This document shows positions 43,338 through 53,312 of a stretch of DNA of 64,000 bases, piece by piece. The notes below the pieces were generated by a model that was not told the DNA's origin, ran no database searches, and saw nothing but the letters and a program-made list of their open reading frames with translations. Position 1 is the first letter of the stretch; every line of letters starts with the position of its first letter. Source of the DNA: Pelagomonas calceolata (Eukaryota); contig CAKKNE010000002.1 of NCBI GenBank assembly GCA_918797485.1, positions 744,001-808,000 of the forward strand. Direction: 5' to 3'. The position numbers and the translations under genes are program-made.

Positions 43338-44673
43338 TTATACCGCCGACGACTCCGTTGGAGAGACCGCGTCGCCGTCGCCGATCTCCCCCGAGTCCTG
43401 GTGCCGGAAGGACACCATCCGTGGCGGCCGCCGCGTCGACGGCGCCGACGCGTGCCACGTGAGCGAGGGCGAGAGCCCGGAGGGCGTGGCCGTCGGCTCG
43501 AGCGAGCTATCCCGCGACGACGCCTTGGAATTTATCGTCGACATGCTTCGGAGCAGCGCGGGCGGTGAGAGCAGCCGCGACGACGCCGCACGGAGTAATG
43601 ATCTCTTCGACGGCTGCGGCGCCGAATGCGCGTGCCGCACCGCCTGTGTGCCAGGAGCTCCCGGCGCGTAACCACGCAGGTCCGGCTTCGAGCCGGCCGC
43701 CGCCGCGTCGCGCGAGGCCATGCAGGCCGCGATGAGATCACCAAACAGTGGCCGCGTCTGGACGTCGTCCGCGGTCCGCGTCCAGAGGAACGTCTTCGGG
43801 TACAATTTGTCAAGGCCCCGTCTCTCGATGGTGGTCCAGGCGTCGGCCTTGGTACCGTTCCGGTCGCGGTAGATCTCGTCGAACAACCTGCGTGCATTCA
43901 GTCAGTGAGTCGCGTCGATGGCGATCGTGCAGGCACCGCGCGCGACCCGAGCATCGGTAGCACGAGCAGCTCCTTGTCGCAGGCCTGCCCGTCCGGATGG
44001 CACTTCGCGCAACACGTGAGGTCGCCGCCGAAGACATCTAGCGCATCGCGCGGCCGGTTCGGCGCGAGCGGTTTTAGCCCTGAATTGGTCGAATAGTACA
44101 TGCCGTCGGAGCCGTTGCGCGCCCAGCACGCCGTCAGCTCGGCGCGACACCACGCCCGCCGGCGGAACGTCTTCGAGTCACACACGCATCCCGTGTCCGC
44201 ATGCGTCGCGTCTGGCGCGACGACCACAAATATAGAGCAACAACTAGCAAAGGTTGGCAAAGACGCCACGGCCAGGCGCTGCGACGACCGATTGACCTGA
44301 GGTATGGAGACGATGTCCATCCAAGCTCCTGGAGGCGCCGCACGTTGAGACACGTGACGAGGCCCTCGGAACTCTTGATATCCATAAGCACGCTGACGGC
44401 GGTGACGCCCGCGCCGCGCGCGACGGCGTTGCTCCACGGCATCGAACCCATGAACGCGAGATCTAAATCGCCGCGGCCCAATAAATCAAGAGCCCGCGCG
44501 CCGGACGGCTGCCGGTAGTACGCAAAGCACGCCCTTTCGTCGTCGAGCCAGCGCGTCGCGGGCGCGAGCGCGTACGGCGTCGCCTGGTCGAACGTGCCGA
44601 CGCGGACGACGCGCGAGCAGTTCTGCGCCGCCGCCGCCGCCGCCGCGAGCAGGGCGGTCCGGGTGATTGACAT
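43338..44673 (-). pseudogene. Disrupted gene: signal peptide and partial TauA-like solute-binding domain, out of frame with a WxDxxSIPQ..RAWCRAE domain
   Basis: Frame change near 44325; intron 43888-43946 joins PMLG to LFDEIY. Confidence 0.55.
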
Positions 44674-45146
44674 TCTTTCGGTGTGGAATTACCAGTTACT
44701 CACCAATGTGTCCTCGCCTCGCCACGCCAGTTTCTTCGCGGTTGCGCGCGTCCGCAAACCCCTAAACGGGCCCGTGTTTTAGGAGCGAGAGGGCAAGCTC
44801 AGGAATGCCGGCTTTTTAGGCCAAGGGCGCGTCGCGCTCGCGAGTTTCACTGCGTGCGTGACGGTAGGAGGAAGCGGAGAGCTTTTTTACACGTTTGAGA
44901 CCGCGTTAAGTGCGGCGGTAGCTGACGCGTAAAGGGTAAATTAGGGCATAGCCAAGGTAACCCGCGCGTGGTTCCCCGGCCTGCGCCCGCCGCTGCCTCC
45001 GAGCTATCACTCGGGCCGATGACGTATGAGGGCCGGGGGCGGAACGGCGTGCGGTCAGTAGGCCGCGTCGGACGGTCGCGGTGGCTCGGCGGCCTAGCTC
45101 TAAGCAAAGGAAATTCATGATTAAACGGGGGAATGCAACGGGAAAA

Positions 45147-47192
45147 CTAGCACCCGCCGGCTGGCAGCCGGCACGCCGCCAAGGACGAGGGCGAGATCCG
45201 CGGCAGCTCCATCGCCAGGTTTACTTGCGAGACCAACGACCAGGACTCGGCATCAAAAACCTCGACGACGCCGCCGGCCGGCCGCCACGCTAGGATTGAT
45301 ACTCGGTCGCCCGTCGGACTGACGCAAGCGTCTAGAATAGGGTGCTGGTTCTTGAGCTGGCCCTCCCAGACCCCTTCCACCTCTTTGGTTTTCGCGTCCC
45401 ACTCCTCCGGCTTCATGAGTGTAGCACAGGGTTTGTGCGTCCGCAGATCTATGATCTCGGCGATGCCGTACTCGCCTGCCACGAGCATTTCGTGTTCTTT
45501 GCCCACGAACTTGACCACGGTAACCGGGGCCATCCGATTCAAGCAGGCGACGGCGCCTTCGCTTCGGCGACAGTCCCACAACATCACGCGCTTGTCTTCT
45601 CCACCGGAAGCAACCGTAGAACCGCGCACATCGACCGTAGTAACAGGGTAGTTGTGCCCCCTCTGATCGTCGTCGTAGTTCTCGTCGGCGTCCGGGTTGT
45701 CGGCCCGGTTTATGTCGCCCAGCGCGCCCTTGGATTGTAAGGTCCGCGCGTCCCACAACCTTACGCACCAGTCCGTACCACCCGATACGAGTGTGTCCGA
45801 ATTGTCGTCCACGGCCACCGCTCGTACGTCGCTCCGCATCCTCGAGGACGCGTGGGACCTTTCTGCGACGCCGGCCTCGACCCACCGGTTGATGCCACTT
45901 TGTTCGGCCTTGGGCGGTCGCCACAATTTCAAATCGCCGCCCCGACAACCGGCGACCGCATAGGAACCGCGCGCGTCCGACGCGAGGCACAGACCCCAAT
46001 CTCTTGAACCTTTCAACTCGCCCGACTTCTCCCAGCACCGTTTTCGGGCCGTCGTCGCCTTGCTCTTCATCTTCCACCACTTCCCCGACTCTTTTGTGGT
46101 CGTGACCTCGTAGTCCTTCCAGCGGAAGGCACTTACGCCTCTCGTCTGGCCACAAGTTAAAACCATGCCCGCTTGTAAGGGTGGGGCGCACAATTTCAAT
46201 ACTTTGGCGTCCGTCCTCGCGTTGCAGTTCATAGAATTATACGCAGGTTTGCTTGTACCATCCGCAACTAACGTCCCGAAGGACCCGTCCGCAGCTAAAG
46301 AGCCACCTCCCCGCAAAGCGCCACCGACCAGCAACGCGTCGCAGGCTTGTTGTAAAGGCTCGTCGTCCTCAGAACTTTCTTCTTGCTTCACCTCGGTCAG
46401 CGCCCGGCCGCGCGGCCCGGCCTTCCGCTCCTTCTTCTTGCCCCAGCCGAACCAGGTGCGTCCCGAACCCTCGGAGAAGGACTGGCTCTTGTCGGAGACG
46501 ACCTGCGCGGACATCGACCGGTGAGTCACGCCATCGAGCAGCCGCAGTTTGGTTTCCACGCGGCTCGCGACGTGGCCACTCTCCTGGAACTGGCCGACAT
46601 ACATCTTGTCCTTGCTCGAGTCGACGACCTTGCCCATGCCGAACTTCGCGCCGCCCCGCACCGTTTGGTTGCGATCGGAGAAGCCCTGGCGGCCCTGGCT
46701 CGCGGATTGAGCTCTTTCAGAGAAGCCCCCGCCCTGCCTCGCGGTTTGAGTTTTGTCAGAGAAGCCCTGCCTGCCCTGGCTCGCGGAGCTGGCACCTTCG
46801 GAGAAGCCGTGGGGCCGCTCGGAGAAGTGGGCCGTGATGCGCGGGTCGCTCGGGGGCGGCGGCGGCAGCGGTTCCTCTGCGACCGTGAGGACCTCGGCGG
46901 CGGCGGCCAGTTGCGAGACCTCGGTGGCCAGCCGCGGCGACGTCCCCTTCGGCGGCAACCGCCCGCGCGCGGCGAGCTCGGCGATGGTCCGCTTCACGGC
47001 ATAGTTCGGTACTAAACGCGTGCCCCCAATCCCTAACGTCGCGCCCGTGGTCGGCGACGTGAGCTTCCCCGAGTCGAGCCAGGCTTCAATCGAAGCGCGC
47101 TCGTAGGTGTGGCCGTCTCCAACCAGCGTGCAGGGGTCCTCGAAGACTTCGAGGGTCAGAGGGCAGCAGAGGCCGTCGAGCTCGGAGCTCAT
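45147..47192 (-). CDS. U-box plus WD40 protein (E3 ligase-like)
   Basis: CPLTLEVFEDP..DGHTYER..SPTTG..PNY; WD repeats VRLWD and VMLWD. Confidence 0.9.
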   Translation of the reverse strand: MSSELDGLCCPLTLEVFEDPCTLVGDGHTYERASIEAWLDSGKLTSPTTGATLGIGGTRLVPNYAVKRTIAELAARGRLPPKGTSPRLATEVSQLAAAAEVLTVAEEPLPPPPPSDPRITAHFSERPHGFSEGASSASQGRQGFSDKTQTARQGGGFSERAQSASQGRQGFSDRNQTVRGGAKFGMGKVVDSSKDKMYVGQFQESGHVASRVETKLRLLDGVTHRSMSAQVVSDKSQSFSEGSGRTWFGWGKKKERKAGPRGRALTEVKQEESSEDDEPLQQACDALLVGGALRGGGSLAADGSFGTLVADGTSKPAYNSMNCNARTDAKVLKLCAPPLQAGMVLTCGQTRGVSAFRWKDYEVTTTKESGKWWKMKSKATTARKRCWEKSGELKGSRDWGLCLASDARGSYAVAGCRGGDLKLWRPPKAEQSGINRWVEAGVAERSHASSRMRSDVRAVAVDDNSDTLVSGGTDWCVRLWDARTLQSKGALGDINRADNPDADENYDDDQRGHNYPVTTVDVRGSTVASGGEDKRVMLWDCRRSEGAVACLNRMAPVTVVKFVGKEHEMLVAGEYGIAEIIDLRTHKPCATLMKPEEWDAKTKEVEGVWEGQLKNQHPILDACVSPTGDRVSILAWRPAGGVVEVFDAESWSLVSQVNLAMELPRISPSSLAACRLPAGGC

Positions 47193-47459
47193 GGTCGGAC
47201 TGTGTGGCTGTTTGAGGGGCTGCCGCTGCGACGGCGTACTGCGAGGGGCTGCCGCTGCGACGGCGTCTGGGTGTCCGAATGCAACTCGCTGGCCGCGTTT
47301 TGTTACGTCACTCTTCGCTTTGGCGGGCCACGAGATATTTCTGCCTTGGGAGATGAAAGCTCGAAGGTTTTGAGTTGGCGTCCGCGGATTCCTCCGGCAC
47401 AGGGTTCGCGGTAGGGAGGAATTTGAGACATGACCGGGTATATGTCTCGCAAAACAGTT

Positions 47460-47479
47460 GCTAGTGTCTTACAGCTAGC
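47460..47479 (+). promoter_or_regulatory. CTAG-bounded upstream motif
   Basis: gctagtgtcttacagctagc, between divergent genes. Confidence 0.65.
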
Positions 47480-47632
47480 TCTGCTCTTCTTTTGGCTCGA
47501 GGCCACCGCTTGCGACAGCCCATTGCTGACCGACGCGCGCAATCGGAGGCATCAGAAGTCCAGCGCTGCCACAGCACAACCCGCTGCTGCGCCGCGAACG
47601 CGTCTCCAGTAGCGACAGCCACTCACTCCACC

Positions 47633-49513
47633 ATGCTCCTCGCAAGACGCCTTGGCCGCGCGCGGCACGCGACAACGATCCGAGCCGTCTCGGCCAAGGA
47701 CGCGAGCATCGCGTACCAGAAGGAGAAGGCTGTGGAATCCGACTCCTGCGCCATCGTCGACAAAGGGACCGTCGGGCCCTATCGGCTGAGAAGACCGCTC
47801 AAAATACCACTAAGTCACAGAGGCATGGAGGTCATCCAGGACCCGTTGTATAACAAGGGCACGGCCTTCGAGCCCGCGGAACGAGACCGATTAGGGTTGC
47901 GAGGCTTACTGCCGCCCAAAGTGTCGAGCATGGACGAGCAGTGCGCACGGATCATGTTGCGGTTGCGATCCTTCGAGGACGACATCCAGAAGCACATGTA
48001 CCTCTCCGAATTGCATGATCGCAACGAGACGCTGTTTCATAGAGTTGTGGTCAGACATATTGGGGAACTCGCGCCGCTCATCTACACCCCGACAGTAGGC
48101 CAAGCCTGCCTCGAGTTCGGCCACATGTTCAAGCGGCCGCGGGGCATGTACTTTTCGGCCGATGACATAGGGCAGATGAACGCCATGGTCCAGAACTGGC
48201 CGATGAAGGACGTCCGAGTAGTTGTCGTGACTGACGGGAGTAGGATTCTCGGGCTGGGCGACTTGGGCGCGAACGGCATGGGTATACCGATTGGCAAATT
48301 AGCTCTGTACTGTGCGGCCGGTGGGATCGCGCCGCATCGGGTTTTGCCCGTAGTCGTCGACGTCGGTACTAATAATGTGGAATTGCGGGAGGATCCCCTG
48401 TACTTGGGTCTCAAGAGGCCGCGCTTGACGGGCGCGGCCTACTACGAAGTTGTTGATGAGTTCGTCACGGCGGTGCTGCATAGATGGCCGAAAACGCTGA
48501 TACAATTTGAGGACTTTGAGTCTTCAGTAGCGCAGCCTTTGTTGGATAGATATAGGGACAAGATCCTGTGCTTTAACGATGACATCCAAGGCACGGGAGC
48601 TACCGTACTCGCAGGAGTGTTAGCGTGCTTGCGACAAACAGGTAAGACTGCTCAAGATTTGAAGGACCAGCGCATCGTCATGTGCGGCGCGGGTAGTGCC
48701 GGCGTCGGCGTGTCGACCGTCATAAAAGATGCTATGATAGCTGCCGGCCTAAGCGAGGAGGAGGCCCGATCTCGGTTTTACGTGTTGGAGAAGGAGGGGT
48801 TATTGGCGAAGCAAGGCATGAGTCCTGCGGACTACGATTCGTTGGCGCCGGAGCAGCAAATACTGGCCGAGAGTTTTGACGTTCCTACTGCTAAAAGAGG
48901 CGATTCCCTGCTAGACGTCATCAAGTACGCCAAGCCGACCATGCTCATCGGCGCGTCGACGGTAGCTGGTTTGTTTACGGAAGAAGTCGTAAGGGCGTTT
49001 CACGAAGGCTGCGGCGGCAAGCCAATAATAATGCCCCTGTCGAACCCCACCTCAAAATGCGAAGTGTCTGCCAGCGACGCCTATGCCTGGACGAATGGCG
49101 AGTGCGTCTTTGCCAGTGGGAGTCCGTTCGACCCTGTGGAATATGAGGGCACAAAGTACTACCCCTCCCAGTGCAACAACATGTTCGTGTTTCCGGGGTT
49201 GGGACTCGGTGCGTCCGTCGCCGAAGCTCGGGTCGTCACGGACGCCATGCTTCGGGCCGCGTCCGAGGCTTGCGCGAATTCTGTGAACGTCGAGGAGATG
49301 GCGCGCGGCCAGGTCTTTCCTTCCGTGGATCGTATTAGAGACGTGTCGTTGGATGTCGCCGTCGCGACGGTGGAAAGCGCGTTGCGGGACGGGCTGGCCA
49401 CGCGCGAGGAGCTGCTGCGGCCGGGCGTCGACGTGAGGGCCTTCGTCGAGGCGAAGTCGTACTTCCCGGCCTACGTGCCGGTGGTGACGGACCCAGGCTT
49501 CTTCGACAACTAA
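47633..49513 (+). CDS. ME: Malic enzyme, probably mitochondrial
   Basis: IYTPTVG, TDGSRILGLGDLG, QFEDF, FNDDIQGTG, GAGSAG and LSNPT motifs. Confidence 0.96.
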   Translation: MLLARRLGRARHATTIRAVSAKDASIAYQKEKAVESDSCAIVDKGTVGPYRLRRPLKIPLSHRGMEVIQDPLYNKGTAFEPAERDRLGLRGLLPPKVSSMDEQCARIMLRLRSFEDDIQKHMYLSELHDRNETLFHRVVVRHIGELAPLIYTPTVGQACLEFGHMFKRPRGMYFSADDIGQMNAMVQNWPMKDVRVVVVTDGSRILGLGDLGANGMGIPIGKLALYCAAGGIAPHRVLPVVVDVGTNNVELREDPLYLGLKRPRLTGAAYYEVVDEFVTAVLHRWPKTLIQFEDFESSVAQPLLDRYRDKILCFNDDIQGTGATVLAGVLACLRQTGKTAQDLKDQRIVMCGAGSAGVGVSTVIKDAMIAAGLSEEEARSRFYVLEKEGLLAKQGMSPADYDSLAPEQQILAESFDVPTAKRGDSLLDVIKYAKPTMLIGASTVAGLFTEEVVRAFHEGCGGKPIIMPLSNPTSKCEVSASDAYAWTNGECVFASGSPFDPVEYEGTKYYPSQCNNMFVFPGLGLGASVAEARVVTDAMLRAASEACANSVNVEEMARGQVFPSVDRIRDVSLDVAVATVESALRDGLATREELLRPGVDVRAFVEAKSYFPAYVPVVTDPGFFDN

Positions 49514-49648
49514 CGTGTATCTACCTATATTCCTAGCCCTCACCTACCCCGAGCGCGTCCGCCAAGGTTCTTCCGCAAAAAGCTTTATAGCAACCCCGCG
49601 CGCGCCGTCGGCCGGGGATCCCTAGCTCGACGTCTCAAAAAGCTTTAA

Positions 49649-49669
49649 CTAGCGGTGTAAGGCACTAGC
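49649..49669 (-). promoter_or_regulatory. CTAG-bounded upstream motif
   Basis: Reverse complement gctagtgccttacaccgctag, upstream of the S9 peptidase. Confidence 0.6.
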
Positions 49670-49765
49670 TCGTGCTCGAAGCCAGCGCATAAATCGGCCT
49701 ATCGGTGCCACTGCTGCAGCTTGCGTGCTGCGGAGTTGCACGAGAGCTTCGATAATTAACTGTGA

Positions 49766-51895
49766 ATGCAACGCGTCAGCCTCGTCCTCGCAGCTGTCGG
49801 GCGCGCGGCAGCGTTTGCAAGACCCTCGCGGAGGGCTGGCAGCGCTCTCTTACAAAAGAAGCCCATGGACTGCCTCACGGCGTGCTTCGGCACGACGGGC
49901 GGCGGCGACGATTCACCGTACGGTAGTTGGCCCAGCCCGATCACCGCCAAGTTTATTACCGGCAGCTCCGTCGGGTTAGGCAGTCTCAAGGTCGACAGCA
50001 GCGGCCTGTACTGGCTCGAGTCACGGCCACAGGAGGGCGGCCGCAACGTTGTGGTGCGGTACGTCCCTGACGACCCGGAGGCGTCGGAGCGGGGCGGCAT
50101 CGAGGTCACGCCGAAGGAGAACAATGTACGTACAAGAGTCCACGAGTACGGCGGCGGCGCGTTCCAGCTCCACAAGGGCGGCGGCATCCTGTTTTCCGAT
50201 TTTAAGACTCAGCGGTTGCATCTCGCGCTCGGCGACGGCCAAGCCACGGTCATTACTGACAAGGCGCCGGACGGTCAATACAGATACGCGGACTACGATG
50301 TCTCCGCGGACGGCGGCTCCGTCGTTTGTGTGAGGGAGGACCACGGGCCCGAGGGCAAGGCCAAGCCCGTGGACGTCATCAACGAAGTGGTGGCGATCAA
50401 TTTGAGCACAGGCGCGGAGACGGTGCTCGCAAAGGGCCGCGACTTCTACGCCGCCCCCAAGCTCTCGCCCGACGGCTCGAAAGTAGCCTACGTCGCCTGG
50501 GACCATCCCAACATGCCATGGGACGCCACGGAGCTGCGCATCACGGACCAGAAGGATGCAAAGACGGATTCTCATCAGTTAGTGTGTGGCGACGGCGACT
50601 CTTCAGTACTCCAGCCGGCGTGGCACCCGTCCGGCGCGTTGTTTTATTTGACGGACGAGCAGGGCTTCTACGCCCTACAAAGATTTGAGGGAGGTGCTTC
50701 CAAGACGGTCCTCTCGGTAGCCGACGCCGATCTGGGCGGGAGCGCGCCGGGCTGGGCCTTCGGCCAGCAGGGCTACGCGTTCCTGGCCGACGGCCGCGTC
50801 GCCGCGGCCTATCCCGATCGCCAAACGGGCCAGACCGCCGTCGCGATCATGAACGAAGACGGGTCGGCCAAGACGGTCTACTCCGGCGAGGCAAGTGGCT
50901 TGCCGCATTCCGTCGGCGGCCTCACACCCGGCACGAAGAAGGACGAGATCTACATGATTGGGGGCGGTCCTGATAAACCAGCAGGCGTCTACCGCTGGGA
51001 CCTGTCGGCCAGCACGCTCCTCGCGTCCTCGTCGAGCCAAGAGATCGATGCCGCGTACATCAGCAAGCCGCAGCCCGTGAAGTTCCCGACCACATTGGGC
51101 GAGGCCTACGGCTTCTACTACCCGCCGCGGCATCCCACATGCTCATCACAAGAAGCGGCGCCGCCACTCCTCGTCAAGGCGCACGGCGGCCCGACGGCGT
51201 GCACGGGCGCGACGTTCAACCCCAAGATCCAGTACTGGACTTCTCGAGGGTTTGCGGTCCTCGACGTCGATTATGGGGGTAGCACGGGCTACGGCAGGGA
51301 CTACAGAAGGCGTTTGAGGGGAGCCTGGGGAATTGTGGACATCGACGACGTCTGCGCGGGTGCCCAATATTTGGTGAAGCAGGGTCTCGCGGATGCGAAG
51401 CGATTGGCCATTGACGGTGGCTCGGCGGGCGGCTACACGACCTTAGGCGCGTTGGCTTTTAGGGACGTCTTTACCGCGGGTTGTTCCTTGTATGGCGTGG
51501 GCGACTTAGCTGCTCTCGCTGGTGATACGCACAAGTTCGAGTCGAGGTACCTAGATGGGCTCGTTGGCAAGTATCCCGAGGATGAAAAGATATACACGGA
51601 ACGAGCGCCCATTCATAGTGTAGACAAGCTGAACTGTCCCATCTTGTTGCTCCAAGGCGACGAAGATAAGATTGTGCCGCCGAACCAGGCCGAGACCATG
51701 CACAAAGCGCTCCTCGAGAAGAAGGTGCCGACGGCCCTCAAGATCTACGAGGGCGAGCAGCACGGCTTCCGCAAGTCCGAGAACATCGAGGACGCGCTGA
51801 ACAGCGAGCTCTACTTCTTTTCCAGAGTGTTCGGCTTCGACTGTCTGAAGGCCAATCCTGAAGTCGAGGTCTTCCCCATCGACAATCTACCGTAA
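49766..51895 (+). CDS. S9 family peptidase (acylaminoacyl/dipeptidyl peptidase-like)
   Basis: PYGSWPSPI, HGGP, GGSAGG, D..VPP and EQHGF motifs. Confidence 0.93.
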   Translation: MQRVSLVLAAVGRAAAFARPSRRAGSALLQKKPMDCLTACFGTTGGGDDSPYGSWPSPITAKFITGSSVGLGSLKVDSSGLYWLESRPQEGGRNVVVRYVPDDPEASERGGIEVTPKENNVRTRVHEYGGGAFQLHKGGGILFSDFKTQRLHLALGDGQATVITDKAPDGQYRYADYDVSADGGSVVCVREDHGPEGKAKPVDVINEVVAINLSTGAETVLAKGRDFYAAPKLSPDGSKVAYVAWDHPNMPWDATELRITDQKDAKTDSHQLVCGDGDSSVLQPAWHPSGALFYLTDEQGFYALQRFEGGASKTVLSVADADLGGSAPGWAFGQQGYAFLADGRVAAAYPDRQTGQTAVAIMNEDGSAKTVYSGEASGLPHSVGGLTPGTKKDEIYMIGGGPDKPAGVYRWDLSASTLLASSSSQEIDAAYISKPQPVKFPTTLGEAYGFYYPPRHPTCSSQEAAPPLLVKAHGGPTACTGATFNPKIQYWTSRGFAVLDVDYGGSTGYGRDYRRRLRGAWGIVDIDDVCAGAQYLVKQGLADAKRLAIDGGSAGGYTTLGALAFRDVFTAGCSLYGVGDLAALAGDTHKFESRYLDGLVGKYPEDEKIYTERAPIHSVDKLNCPILLLQGDEDKIVPPNQAETMHKALLEKKVPTALKIYEGEQHGFRKSENIEDALNSELYFFSRVFGFDCLKANPEVEVFPIDNLP

Positions 51896-51929
51896 GGAGA
51901 AGTGTACTATTATTTTTTTACGCGCGCCG

Positions 51930-52787
51930 TCATGCCGAGTCCACGCCCTCGATGCCCGGAGGCAGCGGCTCGAACTCCTCGGGATCCTGATCCCGCACGG
52001 CCTGGTAGAACCGTGTCGCGAAGTTCGCGAAGTTCTTCAGGATCACGAAGCACACCAGGATGTAGCGAACGCCGGACTCGACCTCGTGCCCGCCGTGCAG
52101 CATACCAGAGGCATGAGCTAAGACGTGGCCGCGGTCCGATCGGATCGACCCGGGCGGATCGTCGCGCGCTAATCTAGCGATCCAGGTGCCGCCGCCTTCG
52201 TACTCGGACATGTCATTGAGAGCGATGTTGAAGGAAACGACAGAACCATCTCTATGAGGCTTCAGGAACGACTGCCCAGCCGTCGCGTTGTATTTTACGA
52301 CGAAGGCGTCGACGACCCTTAAAGGTTCGGTCGACGGTAATAAGTCTTTGTACGACGTCGCGAGGAACGGGTAGAGCACTTCAGGTAGCGCCTTTTCTCG
52401 AAACCACTCGTGCGTCCGCGGTAGCTCTTGCACGGGCACATCGGTCGTCGCGTAGTTCGCATGCCTTTTGGTCGTCCAGCCGCCCATCCTTGCTGCTCGT
52501 TCTTCCGCTTCATCAATGATGGCTTGCGTCTCTGCCTTGGAGAACAAGGGTTCTTGCGAGTGCGAGATTAAATGACTGCCGTCGTGCTCGACGAACTTGA
52601 CGGTGGCGGACCCGCAGGCCGGGAGCGTCTCGACGCCGTGCTCGGACTCGTACAATTTCATGGTCTGCACATACGCCGGTATTTGGCGCTCGGAGATCAT
52701 GCGGATCACGGCGCGTCGTCGTCGTCTTGGTTGGAGCGGTTGCAGCGCCCAGGTCGTCGCGGCGATGAATAGAGCTGCTGTGCGCAT
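51930..52787 (-). CDS. 2OG-Fe(II) oxygenase (P4H/PLOD-like), plastid presequence
   Basis: FVVKY, HRD, SFNIALN, EGGG and H..RYILV motifs. Confidence 0.85.
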   Translation of the reverse strand: MRTAALFIAATTWALQPLQPRRRRRAVIRMISERQIPAYVQTMKLYESEHGVETLPACGSATVKFVEHDGSHLISHSQEPLFSKAETQAIIDEAEERAARMGGWTTKRHANYATTDVPVQELPRTHEWFREKALPEVLYPFLATSYKDLLPSTEPLRVVDAFVVKYNATAGQSFLKPHRDGSVVSFNIALNDMSEYEGGGTWIARLARDDPPGSIRSDRGHVLAHASGMLHGGHEVESGVRYILVCFVILKNFANFATRFYQAVRDQDPEEFEPLPPGIEGVDSA

Positions 52788-53312
52788 GGTTGTAAGCGGC
52801 TTACGAGACGGAGACGCCTTGCTATGTGCAATTTGCTGCACTGCAGTCCAGTGTGCAGAGCAAATGTCTCTGTATGCGGTGCCTCAGCGATGAAACTCGG
52901 TCAGTGCTGCGCAATATCAACGTGCACAACTGCTGTGTAGTTCTGCGCGATGTATAGGTCTCGTTAGCTCCAGTTTACGTGCCCTTGTGCGCGGTGATGT
53001 GGGCATCTCGCAATCGTTGTCGCCCTAGCGCACTGCGCCTCAGACGCCTGCCAGTGCCCATGAAGGATTTGCTTACCCTCAAAACGCCTCGTTTTGCCTT
53101 GCACTCGATCCCTAGCGTATCGAAACACTCTAGCCTGCGCGATTTTGCCCGACGGTGCTCAGGGCTGTTGCGTGTCTATACGGCTGCCATTATCACTGGT
53201 GGGCCGACAGGGATCCAGCAAAAGTTATTAACGTTCGAAACCCTGCGAATCACGTAACCTAGAGACGCACAAACGCACAACAAAAAAGGAGTCCAGCCCA
53301 GCACAACACAAA

